From: Sedimentibacter sp.
GTDB lineage: Bacteria; Bacillota; Clostridia; Tissierellales; Sedimentibacteraceae
Length of the DNA: 64,000 nucleotides
Direction of reading: 5' to 3'
Assembly: GCA_032006665.1 (NCBI GenBank)
Contig: DALZMP010000019.1
Location: forward strand, 16,518 to 80,517
Both the position numbers and the translations under genes were made by a program. This document shows, in pieces, positions 18,890-27,823 of the stretch (positions within the stretch are counted from its first letter, which is position 1; the number at the start of each line of letters is the position of its first letter). Under the pieces are notes generated by a model, which was not told the origin of the DNA, ran no database searches, and worked only from the letters and a program-made list of their open reading frames with translations.

Positions 18890-20377
18890 ATGGCTTATGT
18901 AAAAAGGCATCCAATAAATAAAACTTTAATAAAGGCTTTAAATTATATTGAGAATATTGAAAAGACAGATGAAAAACTTCTAGTTAGTTCAAATAAATGT
19001 AGTACAAATGAAAATTTAGCAATAGAAGAAATGAGAGCTTTAAAGAAGAAGTATGATAAAGAAGATGGTATACAAGGTTTCCATTTCATACAATCTTTTA
19101 AGCCAGGTGAAACAGACAAAGAAACGGCACATCAAGTAGGAAAAGAATGGGCTGAGAAATTTCTTGATGGTAATTTTCAATATATACTTACAACTCATAT
19201 TGATAAAGATCACATTCATAATCACATAATAATAAATTCAGTTGGACTTAATGGTAAAAAATATAACAGCTGTGCCAATGAACGTGAAGACATAAGAATA
19301 TATTCGGACTTAGTCTGTAAAGAGCATGGATTAAGTATTATAGAACCAAATAAAAGAAATAAAAATAAATCATATAAAGAATGGCAAGAAAGTAAGAACA
19401 AAACATCATGGAAAGATGTTGTTAGAGAAGATATTGATCTAGCTATTTCTTGTTCAGACAGCTATGAAGAATTCCTTCAAAATATGAAAGACCAGAATTA
19501 TTATATCAAGCAAGGGAATGTAAAATACATAACTTTTAAAAAACAAGGAATGAGTAAAGCCGTCAGAGGTAAAACACTTGGATTAGATTATGATGAACTT
19601 AGTATAAAGCAAAGAATTAAATTTAAAGAGCATAATATTAGTTCTTTTAAATCAAAAGATAAAAAATATTATAGGATTAATAAGAATAGTTTTGAATATC
19701 AAATGAAGAGACTGTCATACAGACAGGGATCATTAGAAACTAATGTTAAATTAATAATTCTATTACTAAAAATGATTTTTAATAATAATCAAAATTCGTT
19801 TATTAGAAATGACAGACCAGTAAAATATACATACGCACAGAAGAAAGCAATTAAAGGTATTGAAGATTTATCTACCAAGCTAAATCTTTTAAATAAATAT
19901 AATTTGAATAAAAGGAGTGATGCTCAAAATCAAATAGAAATTTTAAATAATAAGATTAAACAAGAAGAAACGAAACATCAGAAATTAAAGTTGTTAGAAA
20001 TTAAAATGGATGCAGTTTGTACGGAAATAGAATTATATCATAAGTATAAAAAATATAATGATGAGTACAAGCAATCATTTTTAAAGGGGGCGTATAAAAA
20101 ACAGCACGAATATGAATTAGAAAAATTTGAAAGGTGTAAAGAAAGATTAGAAAAATTCGGATTAAAAGATGAAGTTCAATATGATGATTTTATTAATCAA
20201 CGAGAAAAGATTATTGAAAAAATAAAAGGGGCCGATAAAAAGATAAATAACATTTGTAATGAACTAACAGATATAGAAAATTTGCAACATTATCTTAATA
20301 AGAATGAAAGAAATAAATTTATTGAAGATATACAACTTGAAACCAGTACAAAAGATGAAAATGAAAAGGAGAGATAA
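18890..20377 (+). CDS. Relaxase (MOBP-type)
   Basis: ALNYIEN catalytic Tyr region, FHFIQSF, THIDKDHIHNHIIINS HUH motif. Confidence 0.93.
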   Translation: MAYVKRHPINKTLIKALNYIENIEKTDEKLLVSSNKCSTNENLAIEEMRALKKKYDKEDGIQGFHFIQSFKPGETDKETAHQVGKEWAEKFLDGNFQYILTTHIDKDHIHNHIIINSVGLNGKKYNSCANEREDIRIYSDLVCKEHGLSIIEPNKRNKNKSYKEWQESKNKTSWKDVVREDIDLAISCSDSYEEFLQNMKDQNYYIKQGNVKYITFKKQGMSKAVRGKTLGLDYDELSIKQRIKFKEHNISSFKSKDKKYYRINKNSFEYQMKRLSYRQGSLETNVKLIILLLKMIFNNNQNSFIRNDRPVKYTYAQKKAIKGIEDLSTKLNLLNKYNLNKRSDAQNQIEILNNKIKQEETKHQKLKLLEIKMDAVCTEIELYHKYKKYNDEYKQSFLKGAYKKQHEYELEKFERCKERLEKFGLKDEVQYDDFINQREKIIEKIKGADKKINNICNELTDIENLQHYLNKNERNKFIEDIQLETSTKDENEKER

Positions 20378-20378
20378 G

Positions 20379-21746
20379 ATGACATATCAAAATGAAGTAA
20401 ATAATACTGTAGTTGGTAACAAAGAAATTCAAAGTAGCAACATTTTAGGAATTTATGATAAAGATAATAATAGCTTTATTAGTATTGAAGTAAATGAAGG
20501 AAAAAATATTGAAATTGCTCAAGTGAAGAGATCAATATTTGATGCTTGCAAGAAATTACGTGAGTATGAAGATTTAAACGAAGTTGATGAAGACATGAGG
20601 TTAACAAATGTTTTTGATCTTGACAAAAGCATAATTGTGAAAGCTAAAGGTGTTAGCGATAAACAGATTTTTGATGAGTTGGATAAATATAATAGTGAAG
20701 TAACACTTAAAGAAAATAATCTAGATAAATATAAAAAGCTATATGAGTATGAACTTTCATATAAAATTCCTTCTTCTGAGACATTAACTCAATGGTTTGG
20801 AGATTACTCGATGCATGAGCCTAAATTTGGCGTTACAGAGGAGCAGATAAATAATAGATTAGCATACTTTGATAAAATATCAGAATTAATAACTAACCTA
20901 ATTAAAAATGATAAGTTAATAGAGAAATTCATGATTATTATTAATACAAAAGGTATAGAGAAAGCATATATAGATGATGAAAGTCATAAAGGGGTAACAG
21001 AAGGAGCAGTACAGTTTTTATCAAGGCAAGAGCAAATAGAAAAAATAATGGGTACTTTAATTACTTTTAAAGATCCTATAATTGTAAACTCAAAGGAAGA
21101 ACTGGAAAAGCTTCAGGCTGAATATAGAGAAGCACATGGGGAAAAATCTGTTCATAGATCAGAGGAAAAAGAAGTTGTCAAAGATAAAAAAGTGGAGCTA
21201 TTAAAGCTTATGAATGAGCAAAAAACTCGTGGCTATATAAGGATATCTGATGAGGACTATATTGAAATAAAAAATCAAATAGAAGAAATGGGTATAACTT
21301 ATATAGCCAAGGAGAGCGGAAATAAACTAGGCATGAATATAGTAGTTCCTATTAATGAGATGCATGAATTAAAAGATATGTTACTTGAAAATAAAATAAA
21401 GATACTTCAGGAAGTTGAAGGGAACACAGATTGGTTCAAATTCAAAAAAGCTGAAGATATTAATACTCATAATATTTCAAGTGAAACATTAAAAAGTTTT
21501 CAAAATTTAAATAGCGACAAGTTTAAGTATATAGCATTTGAAAATGAAGGAAAGTATTCTATATATACTGAACCTGGCTGCACGGTTGAAATTAAAGATG
21601 AAAAGATTAAGTATAAGGAAGATGGCAAAAATCATAAAAAGAAAACATTGAAAGAAGTTGCTGAAAAGAAGGACGAATACAAAAAATCTAAGGAAGAAGT
21701 TACAACTAAAGTTAATGAAAAAAATAATAGTCGAGGTGAAAGATAA
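20379..21746 (+). CDS. Hypothetical conjugation-region protein
   Basis: Long ORF coupled to the relaxase stop; AAGGAG RBS before ATG 20379. Confidence 0.7.
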   Translation: MTYQNEVNNTVVGNKEIQSSNILGIYDKDNNSFISIEVNEGKNIEIAQVKRSIFDACKKLREYEDLNEVDEDMRLTNVFDLDKSIIVKAKGVSDKQIFDELDKYNSEVTLKENNLDKYKKLYEYELSYKIPSSETLTQWFGDYSMHEPKFGVTEEQINNRLAYFDKISELITNLIKNDKLIEKFMIIINTKGIEKAYIDDESHKGVTEGAVQFLSRQEQIEKIMGTLITFKDPIIVNSKEELEKLQAEYREAHGEKSVHRSEEKEVVKDKKVELLKLMNEQKTRGYIRISDEDYIEIKNQIEEMGITYIAKESGNKLGMNIVVPINEMHELKDMLLENKIKILQEVEGNTDWFKFKKAEDINTHNISSETLKSFQNLNSDKFKYIAFENEGKYSIYTEPGCTVEIKDEKIKYKEDGKNHKKKTLKEVAEKKDEYKKSKEEVTTKVNEKNNSRGER

Positions 21747-22675
21747 TGAATACAGGTGGAGAAACAGCAGGAATCTTAATGGGATTTGCAGCAGATTTAA
21801 GTAAGGAAGGGATTAGAGATTTTGGAAAGTTAGGAGGAGAAGTATTAAAATATATATTTCTTTCATTGTTAGGAAAGTTAAACAGACAGCTGAATACGGG
21901 AGAAGTAAATATTAAGAGATTAATAAAAAGTGGAGACGAATTAGTAACGCTTGATCTAAATGATAAAGATGCAGCTATATTTGCTTCAAAAGCAAAATCA
22001 ACTGGATTAACATATGCCATATTTGATGTTAGCCCTACTGATAATAAGGTGACTTATGTATATAAGAAAAGTGAAGCAGAAATGGTCAATAAAATACTAG
22101 AGAAAATGGCAAATGATAAAGTTAACGGTATGGAAAAAGAAGTTGATAGCAAAATATTAGATGAGTTTATCATTAATAAAGAAGGTAGCGTATATTTAGT
22201 AGATAAAGAAAACCCTGAAGACTACATTCAAGTAAATAGAGAAGAAAAAGAAATATTGAAAACATATATAGTAGATAAAGATAACCCGGATAACTACATT
22301 AAAATGACTGAAAATACAAAAGAAAAAACTCTTGATGTAGAAATTTTTATTGATGGGAAATCAAATGTTTTAAATAGTAAAGATTATAGTAATGAAGATA
22401 TTAAAAAAAGAGTCAATGAAGTTGGTAAAACTTTTTCTAATCCAGAATTTGTTTACAACGATATAGATTTAGAAAAGCTTAAAATAAAACAAAAAAATAT
22501 GGAAAAAGAAAAGGATAAGGACAAAAATAAGTTAGAGGATAAAAATCAGGTTAAAACAGATAGGAAGACCATGAAAGAAGTTGACGATAATATCAAGGAG
22601 GTGAGGGCCAAACAAACCAAAGCTAAAACAAAAGGCAAAATCAAAACCAAGGCGAAAGAAAGGGGAGACAGGTAG
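21746..22675 (+). CDS. PcfB/DUF3801-like protein
   Basis: GEVNIKRLIKSG...FASKAKSTGLTYAI pattern, basic tail, directly upstream of virD4. Confidence 0.65.
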   Translation: MNTGGETAGILMGFAADLSKEGIRDFGKLGGEVLKYIFLSLLGKLNRQLNTGEVNIKRLIKSGDELVTLDLNDKDAAIFASKAKSTGLTYAIFDVSPTDNKVTYVYKKSEAEMVNKILEKMANDKVNGMEKEVDSKILDEFIINKEGSVYLVDKENPEDYIQVNREEKEILKTYIVDKDNPDNYIKMTENTKEKTLDVEIFIDGKSNVLNSKDYSNEDIKKRVNEVGKTFSNPEFVYNDIDLEKLKIKQKNMEKEKDKDKNKLEDKNQVKTDRKTMKEVDDNIKEVRAKQTKAKTKGKIKTKAKERGDR

Positions 22676-24591
22676 TGACGGAGCAACAGAGACGTAAAAA
22701 GCAAAAGATGCAAATGATTATACTTTCTGTAATAATGTTTATATTTGTATCTTTTGTAACAATACATATAGGAGCAGTATTTAATAGCTATGAACAATTT
22801 GATTATACCATGCTTGGTAAATTTCAAGAGGACATAGATGCACATATTAAAACTACTCCTTTTTTCATGCCACAAAAACAAGACTTAAAAATATTTACGT
22901 TTATAAGCTTGTTGTATTGGGCAGTAGCTTTGTATTTTATTACGCTAGATAAAAAGTACATGTTTGGAAAAGAACACGGTACTGCACGCTGGGCTGAAAA
23001 AGAAGAAATTAAAAAAATATTGGATAAAGATGAAAATAATAATATTATCCTTACGGAAACCGAACAAATGAGTTTGAATACAAGAAAAACAAGAAAAAAT
23101 CTTAATATTTTAGCTCTTGGTGGTTCGGGTGCAGGTAAAACAAGGTTCTTTGTTAAACCAAATATAATGCAGGCAAATACATCATATGTAATAACTGACC
23201 CCAAGGGAGAAATTTTAAGAGAGACGGGAGCACTTCTTTATCAGCAAGGATACAAAATCAAGGTATTTAATCTTATAGATATGGATTATAGCAGTCGCTA
23301 TAATCCTTTTGTTTATATAAGGACAGAAAATGATGTGATGAAATTAATTAATGGCTTAATAAAAAATACTAACCCTAAAACAGGTGGAGGCAATGATCCA
23401 TTTTGGGAAAAATCTGAAATAGCTTTATTGCAGGCCATATTCTACTTCATGTGGTACGAACTTGTTCCTGAAGAACAAAACTTTAAGACAGTGATGGAGC
23501 TACTTAGATATGCAAGTGTAAAAGAAGAAGATGAGGGCTATGAGAGTGACTTAGATATTATATTTAAGCAATTAAAAGAGGAAAAACCAAAGCATATTGC
23601 GGTAAGACAGTATGGAATATTCAAGCAAGGTGCAGGTAAAACAACTAAAAGCATACTTATTTCAGTAGGTGTTAGATTGTCACTATTTAATCTGGAGTCA
23701 TTATCTGATCTCACAATAAAAGATGAATTGCAACTTGAAAGTATTGCACACGAAAAGACAGCATTATTTGTAGTTATTCCTGATAGTGATAATACATTTA
23801 ATTTTCTAGTATCTATGATGTATGGACAGCTATTTGAAAGATTATATTACATTGCAGATTTTCAAACTAAAGATGGTAGGTTGAAAACACATGTAAGATT
23901 TATACTTGATGAATTCGCAAATATAGGACAAATACCTGACTTTGAAAAGAAGATAGCCACTATGCGTAGTAGGGAAATTAGTTCTACAATTATTATTCAA
24001 AACATGGCTCAACTAAAAGAACTTTACAAAGATAACTGGGAGAGCATTACGGGTAACTGCGATTCTACATTATTCCTTGGGGGACAAGAGCAATCAACAT
24101 TAGAGTATATAAGTAAACGTCTTGATAAGGAGACTATAGATACAAGAAATATAAATTATTCAAAAGGTAAGCAAGGAAGCACTTCATACAACTATGGAAC
24201 ACTTGGCAGAGAACTCTTGCAGCCTGGTGAAATTGGACGTATGCCTGATAGTGATTGTATTTTGCTAATCAGAGGTATGTTACCATTTTATTCAAAGAAG
24301 TTCGATTTGACAAAACATAAAAACTATAAGTATCTTTACGAGGTTTCAGAAGAAAATTGTTTTGATTATAGCAAGTTTAGAGAATTGGAAAATCAGAAAG
24401 ATAAAGAAGAAGAACGTATTAAAATTCTCGAAAGCTATAAGATGAAAGATTTTGAATTAGAAATAGAACAAATAGAACAGATGTATAAAAATATTGTTTT
24501 TGTAGATGAAGAACAATATCCATTCAGCTTTGATGATGAGATTCAAAATTATTTAGATGAATATGACAACGAAATAGAAGAGGAGAAATAG
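22675..24591 (+). CDS. virD4: Type IV coupling protein VirD4/TraG
   Basis: EHGTARWA, GGSGAGKTRFFVKPN, TDPKGE, LDEFANIG. Confidence 0.95.
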   Translation: MTEQQRRKKQKMQMIILSVIMFIFVSFVTIHIGAVFNSYEQFDYTMLGKFQEDIDAHIKTTPFFMPQKQDLKIFTFISLLYWAVALYFITLDKKYMFGKEHGTARWAEKEEIKKILDKDENNNIILTETEQMSLNTRKTRKNLNILALGGSGAGKTRFFVKPNIMQANTSYVITDPKGEILRETGALLYQQGYKIKVFNLIDMDYSSRYNPFVYIRTENDVMKLINGLIKNTNPKTGGGNDPFWEKSEIALLQAIFYFMWYELVPEEQNFKTVMELLRYASVKEEDEGYESDLDIIFKQLKEEKPKHIAVRQYGIFKQGAGKTTKSILISVGVRLSLFNLESLSDLTIKDELQLESIAHEKTALFVVIPDSDNTFNFLVSMMYGQLFERLYYIADFQTKDGRLKTHVRFILDEFANIGQIPDFEKKIATMRSREISSTIIIQNMAQLKELYKDNWESITGNCDSTLFLGGQEQSTLEYISKRLDKETIDTRNINYSKGKQGSTSYNYGTLGRELLQPGEIGRMPDSDCILLIRGMLPFYSKKFDLTKHKNYKYLYEVSEENCFDYSKFRELENQKDKEEERIKILESYKMKDFELEIEQIEQMYKNIVFVDEEQYPFSFDDEIQNYLDEYDNEIEEEK

Positions 24592-24595
24592 TATT

Positions 24596-24910
24596 ATGAA
24601 AAAAATAAAGAAACTATTATTAAGATTTAAAGTCGTTTTATCAATCATTATTATTAGTGTTTTAAACTATACAACAGCATTAGCTACAACTTCAAATGCA
24701 GGCGTAGACAAGTTTGATAATATGGTCGTATGGATAGCAACATGGGTAGGTAGAGTTGGACTATTAGTGGCATTTTGGGGAGGAGTACAAATTGCTTTCT
24801 CTCTCTCTGATCATGATGCAGGACAAAAGAGAAGTGGAATTTTGTTTCTTGTAGCAGGTCTTATGGTATTTGGTTTATCAGTAAGTTATAAGACATTGTT
24901 AGGTTTATAA
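24596..24910 (+). CDS. Maff2/VirB2-like small membrane protein
   Basis: Leader plus two TMs, WGGVQIA...DAGQKRSGI; follows virD4. Confidence 0.7.
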   Translation: MKKIKKLLLRFKVVLSIIIISVLNYTTALATTSNAGVDKFDNMVVWIATWVGRVGLLVAFWGGVQIAFSLSDHDAGQKRSGILFLVAGLMVFGLSVSYKTLLGL

Positions 24911-25131
24911 ATTTAAAATTAAGGGATAGTTTAATTTATTAACGGGTTCAGTTTTGAGGTGCAAAATAGACAATTAAATATATTCAATTACATAAGAAAA
25001 TATCCAAAAAAAATTAAATAATCTTTTATACTAATTTAATATTAGATATACTCAATAGTAATATTATTAAATAAAATATTACTATTGACTTTAACAAAAT
25101 TAAATGTCATACTTAATTTTATTAAAGAGAG

Positions 25132-25443
25132 GTGGTCGAAATGATGTTAGAAGTAGTTCCTGAATGGATGACAAACTTAGATGATGAGGACATATCTTTT
25201 ATAAAAAAATTTATTATGGCTTCAGGATCATTAAAAGAAGTTGCTAATCAGTATTGTGTAACATACCCAACTGTTAGACTTAGATTAGATAGACTTATAC
25301 AAAAAATTAAAATAAGCGAAGATAATGCAAATGAACCGTATATTGCTTTGATAAAAAGACTTGCTATAAATGAAAAAATTGACTTTGATACAGCGAAAAT
25401 ATTAATTTCAGAGTATAAAAAATCAAGAAAGGAAGATAAATAG
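25132..25443 (+). CDS. DUF2089-family HTH protein
   Basis: LDDEDISFIKKFIMASGSLKEVA...VTYPTVRLRLD. Confidence 0.85.
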   Translation: MVEMMLEVVPEWMTNLDDEDISFIKKFIMASGSLKEVANQYCVTYPTVRLRLDRLIQKIKISEDNANEPYIALIKRLAINEKIDFDTAKILISEYKKSRKEDK

Positions 25444-25445
25444 TT

Positions 25446-25709
25446 ATGTCTAATGTAACATTTATATTAATCACATTAATTATTATTCCATTAATTTTAT
25501 TTTATATTGAGTATCGGTTGGCAAAGGAACAAAACAAATTTGCTGTTATATTACCAGTTATTGTTTTATGTTTTGCTGTAATAATACCCGTTGTTGCTTT
25601 AACTAGTATTATAATGTTTGTAATATATTTTGTGGTAAAGTATTTAGAAAAAGAAAAGCAAGAAAGGTTGTCGGAAATAGAAAAAATGAATATTCAGGAT
25701 TTAGAATAA
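25446..25709 (+). CDS. Small membrane protein
   Basis: Hydrophobic segments, C-terminal EIEKMNIQDLE. Confidence 0.75.
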   Translation: MSNVTFILITLIIIPLILFYIEYRLAKEQNKFAVILPVIVLCFAVIIPVVALTSIIMFVIYFVVKYLEKEKQERLSEIEKMNIQDLE

Positions 25710-25754
25710 GTTTGTACAAATAGTATTATCCTTATATGTTGTGGAGGAATAAAA

Positions 25755-26378
25755 ATGAAAAAAGTAATGACAATAATAATAGTAGTTGTTTATGTACTAT
25801 CTATTGTAGCTTGTAGTGATAAAACTCAAAAACCCGCTATGTATATTGAAAAGGCGAAACTGTCAGAGCAAGAAGAAAATATAGCAAAATTACTTGGTGC
25901 TAATAGTGACCAACCTATTTATGATTTTATGTTAGACGATACAGTTCAAAGTGTTCAAGTCAATACATATGAGTTGATAGACAGGACTTGGAAATTAGTT
26001 TCAGGTGGTGGTGGCCAAGCATTTTCTGATGAAAATGGCAGACTTGCGCTCGATTTTGAAAATCTTGCTGAAGGACTTCGTGTGGCGTTGCAAAGTGAAC
26101 ATAATAGTGGTTCGAGCAAATATTCTACTGAGTCTACAGAAGAATTTAAAGGAATGGGACGTGCAACATCCATTCTTAGTGATTTAAAAGAGATTGTTTA
26201 TGAAAAAGAAATTCCACTGGCTGTTCAGATTTTGACTGCTAAAAATACAATTAGCTCTTACGATGTTGATTATTTCTATTCCCCTGATGAATATGAAAAG
26301 CATGGCTATGAACATGTCTATGCTATAACAATTAGATTCAGTCAAAAGACTGTTAACGAACTGAGTACTATGGAATAA
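25755..26378 (+). CDS. Lipoprotein
   Basis: Signal peptide with lipobox IVAC; GGAGG RBS. Confidence 0.78.
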   Translation: MKKVMTIIIVVVYVLSIVACSDKTQKPAMYIEKAKLSEQEENIAKLLGANSDQPIYDFMLDDTVQSVQVNTYELIDRTWKLVSGGGGQAFSDENGRLALDFENLAEGLRVALQSEHNSGSSKYSTESTEEFKGMGRATSILSDLKEIVYEKEIPLAVQILTAKNTISSYDVDYFYSPDEYEKHGYEHVYAITIRFSQKTVNELSTME

Positions 26379-26624
26379 TCTTATCTAACTAAAAACTAAA
26401 TAATTTAATATGTGCTCGATTTATGTTAATTAAAATTAATTTAAATAGGTCAATAAAAAACTTTAAGAAATAAATTTTAGGGTTCATATTAATGATTCTC
26501 TACTTAGGTTTGTATTCATTGCATTTAAAAATGTATTTCTGCTTTTTTACAATTTACACCTCAAAACTGAACCCGTTATTTATGTTATTGTTACCCTTAA
26601 CTATAACATCCTTGGAGGTGGAGA

Positions 26625-27440
26625 ATGTTTAACATTGACGACATAGTAATGTCTATAAGTAAATTGTTTAATGATTTAAACTCTGAAATAGGAGATATTG
26701 TAAATATAATTACTCAACCACAAAGTGCAATGCCCGGATTATGGAATATGATCGAGGGCATTTTTAATTGCCTTTTGCCAATAGGATATAGCTTATTAGC
26801 ATTGTTCTTTATGCTAGATTTATTAAACAATACAATAACATTTAGAATAGCAAAGATAGAAAATATTATTAAAATTGTAATAAGAGTAGTATTAGCGAAA
26901 GTTATTATGCAAAGCAGTTTTGTCATTTTAGAGCAGATATATTATTCTGTGTCAGATATAATTTCTTCAGTATATACTTCACCAGGTAATATTCAAAATA
27001 TAGTGGATGTTGCTGAGTTAAAAACACAATTGGAAGCGATGAAATTTATGGAGTTAATTGCATTTCAGATGCAATTTATGCCAATAAAATTGATTATGCA
27101 GATCTTAAAAGTTTTAATTGAAGTTATTTGTTATGGTCGAATTATTGAGTTGTATATATTTACAGCACTTGCGCCATTGCCATTATCTACAATGGTAAGT
27201 GGAGAATATAATAATATTGCTAAAAGATTTGTACAACATTATATATCAGTATGTTTGCAGGGACTAATTATAATGATAGCTTGTATGTCATTTTCAGGAA
27301 TAGCCAATACAATACTAGTTTCTTCTGCTACTAATAGCGCAGAAATAAGTATGTGGGGAACTATAACAGCATGTGTAGTGCTCTTGCTTGTATTGACTAA
27401 AGCAAGCACTTGGGCAAAACAAATGGTGGGGGTGAATTGA
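26625..27440 (+). CDS. VirB6/TrbL-like T4SS membrane protein
   Basis: Polytopic; YGRIIELYIFTALAPLPLST...F...Y..VCLQG. Confidence 0.88.
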   Translation: MFNIDDIVMSISKLFNDLNSEIGDIVNIITQPQSAMPGLWNMIEGIFNCLLPIGYSLLALFFMLDLLNNTITFRIAKIENIIKIVIRVVLAKVIMQSSFVILEQIYYSVSDIISSVYTSPGNIQNIVDVAELKTQLEAMKFMELIAFQMQFMPIKLIMQILKVLIEVICYGRIIELYIFTALAPLPLSTMVSGEYNNIAKRFVQHYISVCLQGLIIMIACMSFSGIANTILVSSATNSAEISMWGTITACVVLLLVLTKASTWAKQMVGVN

Positions 27441-27823
27441 TGATAGAAATTAAAATACCTAAGGAAGTAAGAAACTATAAAGAAACAATCTTCTTTGGCC
27501 TAACATTAAGGCAAATTATTTGTCTTAGTATTGCATTGTCAATAAATGTACCTATGTATATATTTTTAAAACCATACATAGGCGATGAAATTGCAAGTTG
27601 GATAATCATGTTCACTGGAGTGCCGCTATTTTTAGTAGGATTTTTTAAATTTAATGGTTTGCCATTTGAAAAGTTTGCTTTGATTGTCTTAAAATTCAAA
27701 TTGTTTATACCACGAAAAAGAAAATATAAGGTTGAAAATATATTTACAGATATAGCTTCAGAACAAGATAGAATTAATATAGAAAATTTGAAGAAGTCTA
27801 AAGAAAGGAAAAAGATAAAATGA
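27440..27823 (+). CDS. prgI: PrgI-family (VirB3-like) protein
   Basis: IPKEVRNYKETIFFGLTLRQ, two TMs, NGLPFEKF. Confidence 0.9.
   Translation: MIEIKIPKEVRNYKETIFFGLTLRQIICLSIALSINVPMYIFLKPYIGDEIASWIIMFTGVPLFLVGFFKFNGLPFEKFALIVLKFKLFIPRKRKYKVENIFTDIASEQDRINIENLKKSKERKKIK

Larger units (their letters stand above)
24940..26578. mobile_element. Non-autonomous TIR-bounded cassette carrying three genes, no transposase
   Basis: 26-bp terminal inverted repeats with one mismatch: TAACGGGTTCAGTTTTGAGGTGCAAA (24940-24965) and TTTACACCTCAAAACTGAACCCGTTA (26553-26578). Confidence 0.85.

Noticed and set aside
22188..22310. Short internal duplication in the PcfB-like protein (VDKENPEDYI / VDKDNPDNYI)
   Set aside because: Real but likely an ordinary intragenic repeat with no further support for a function
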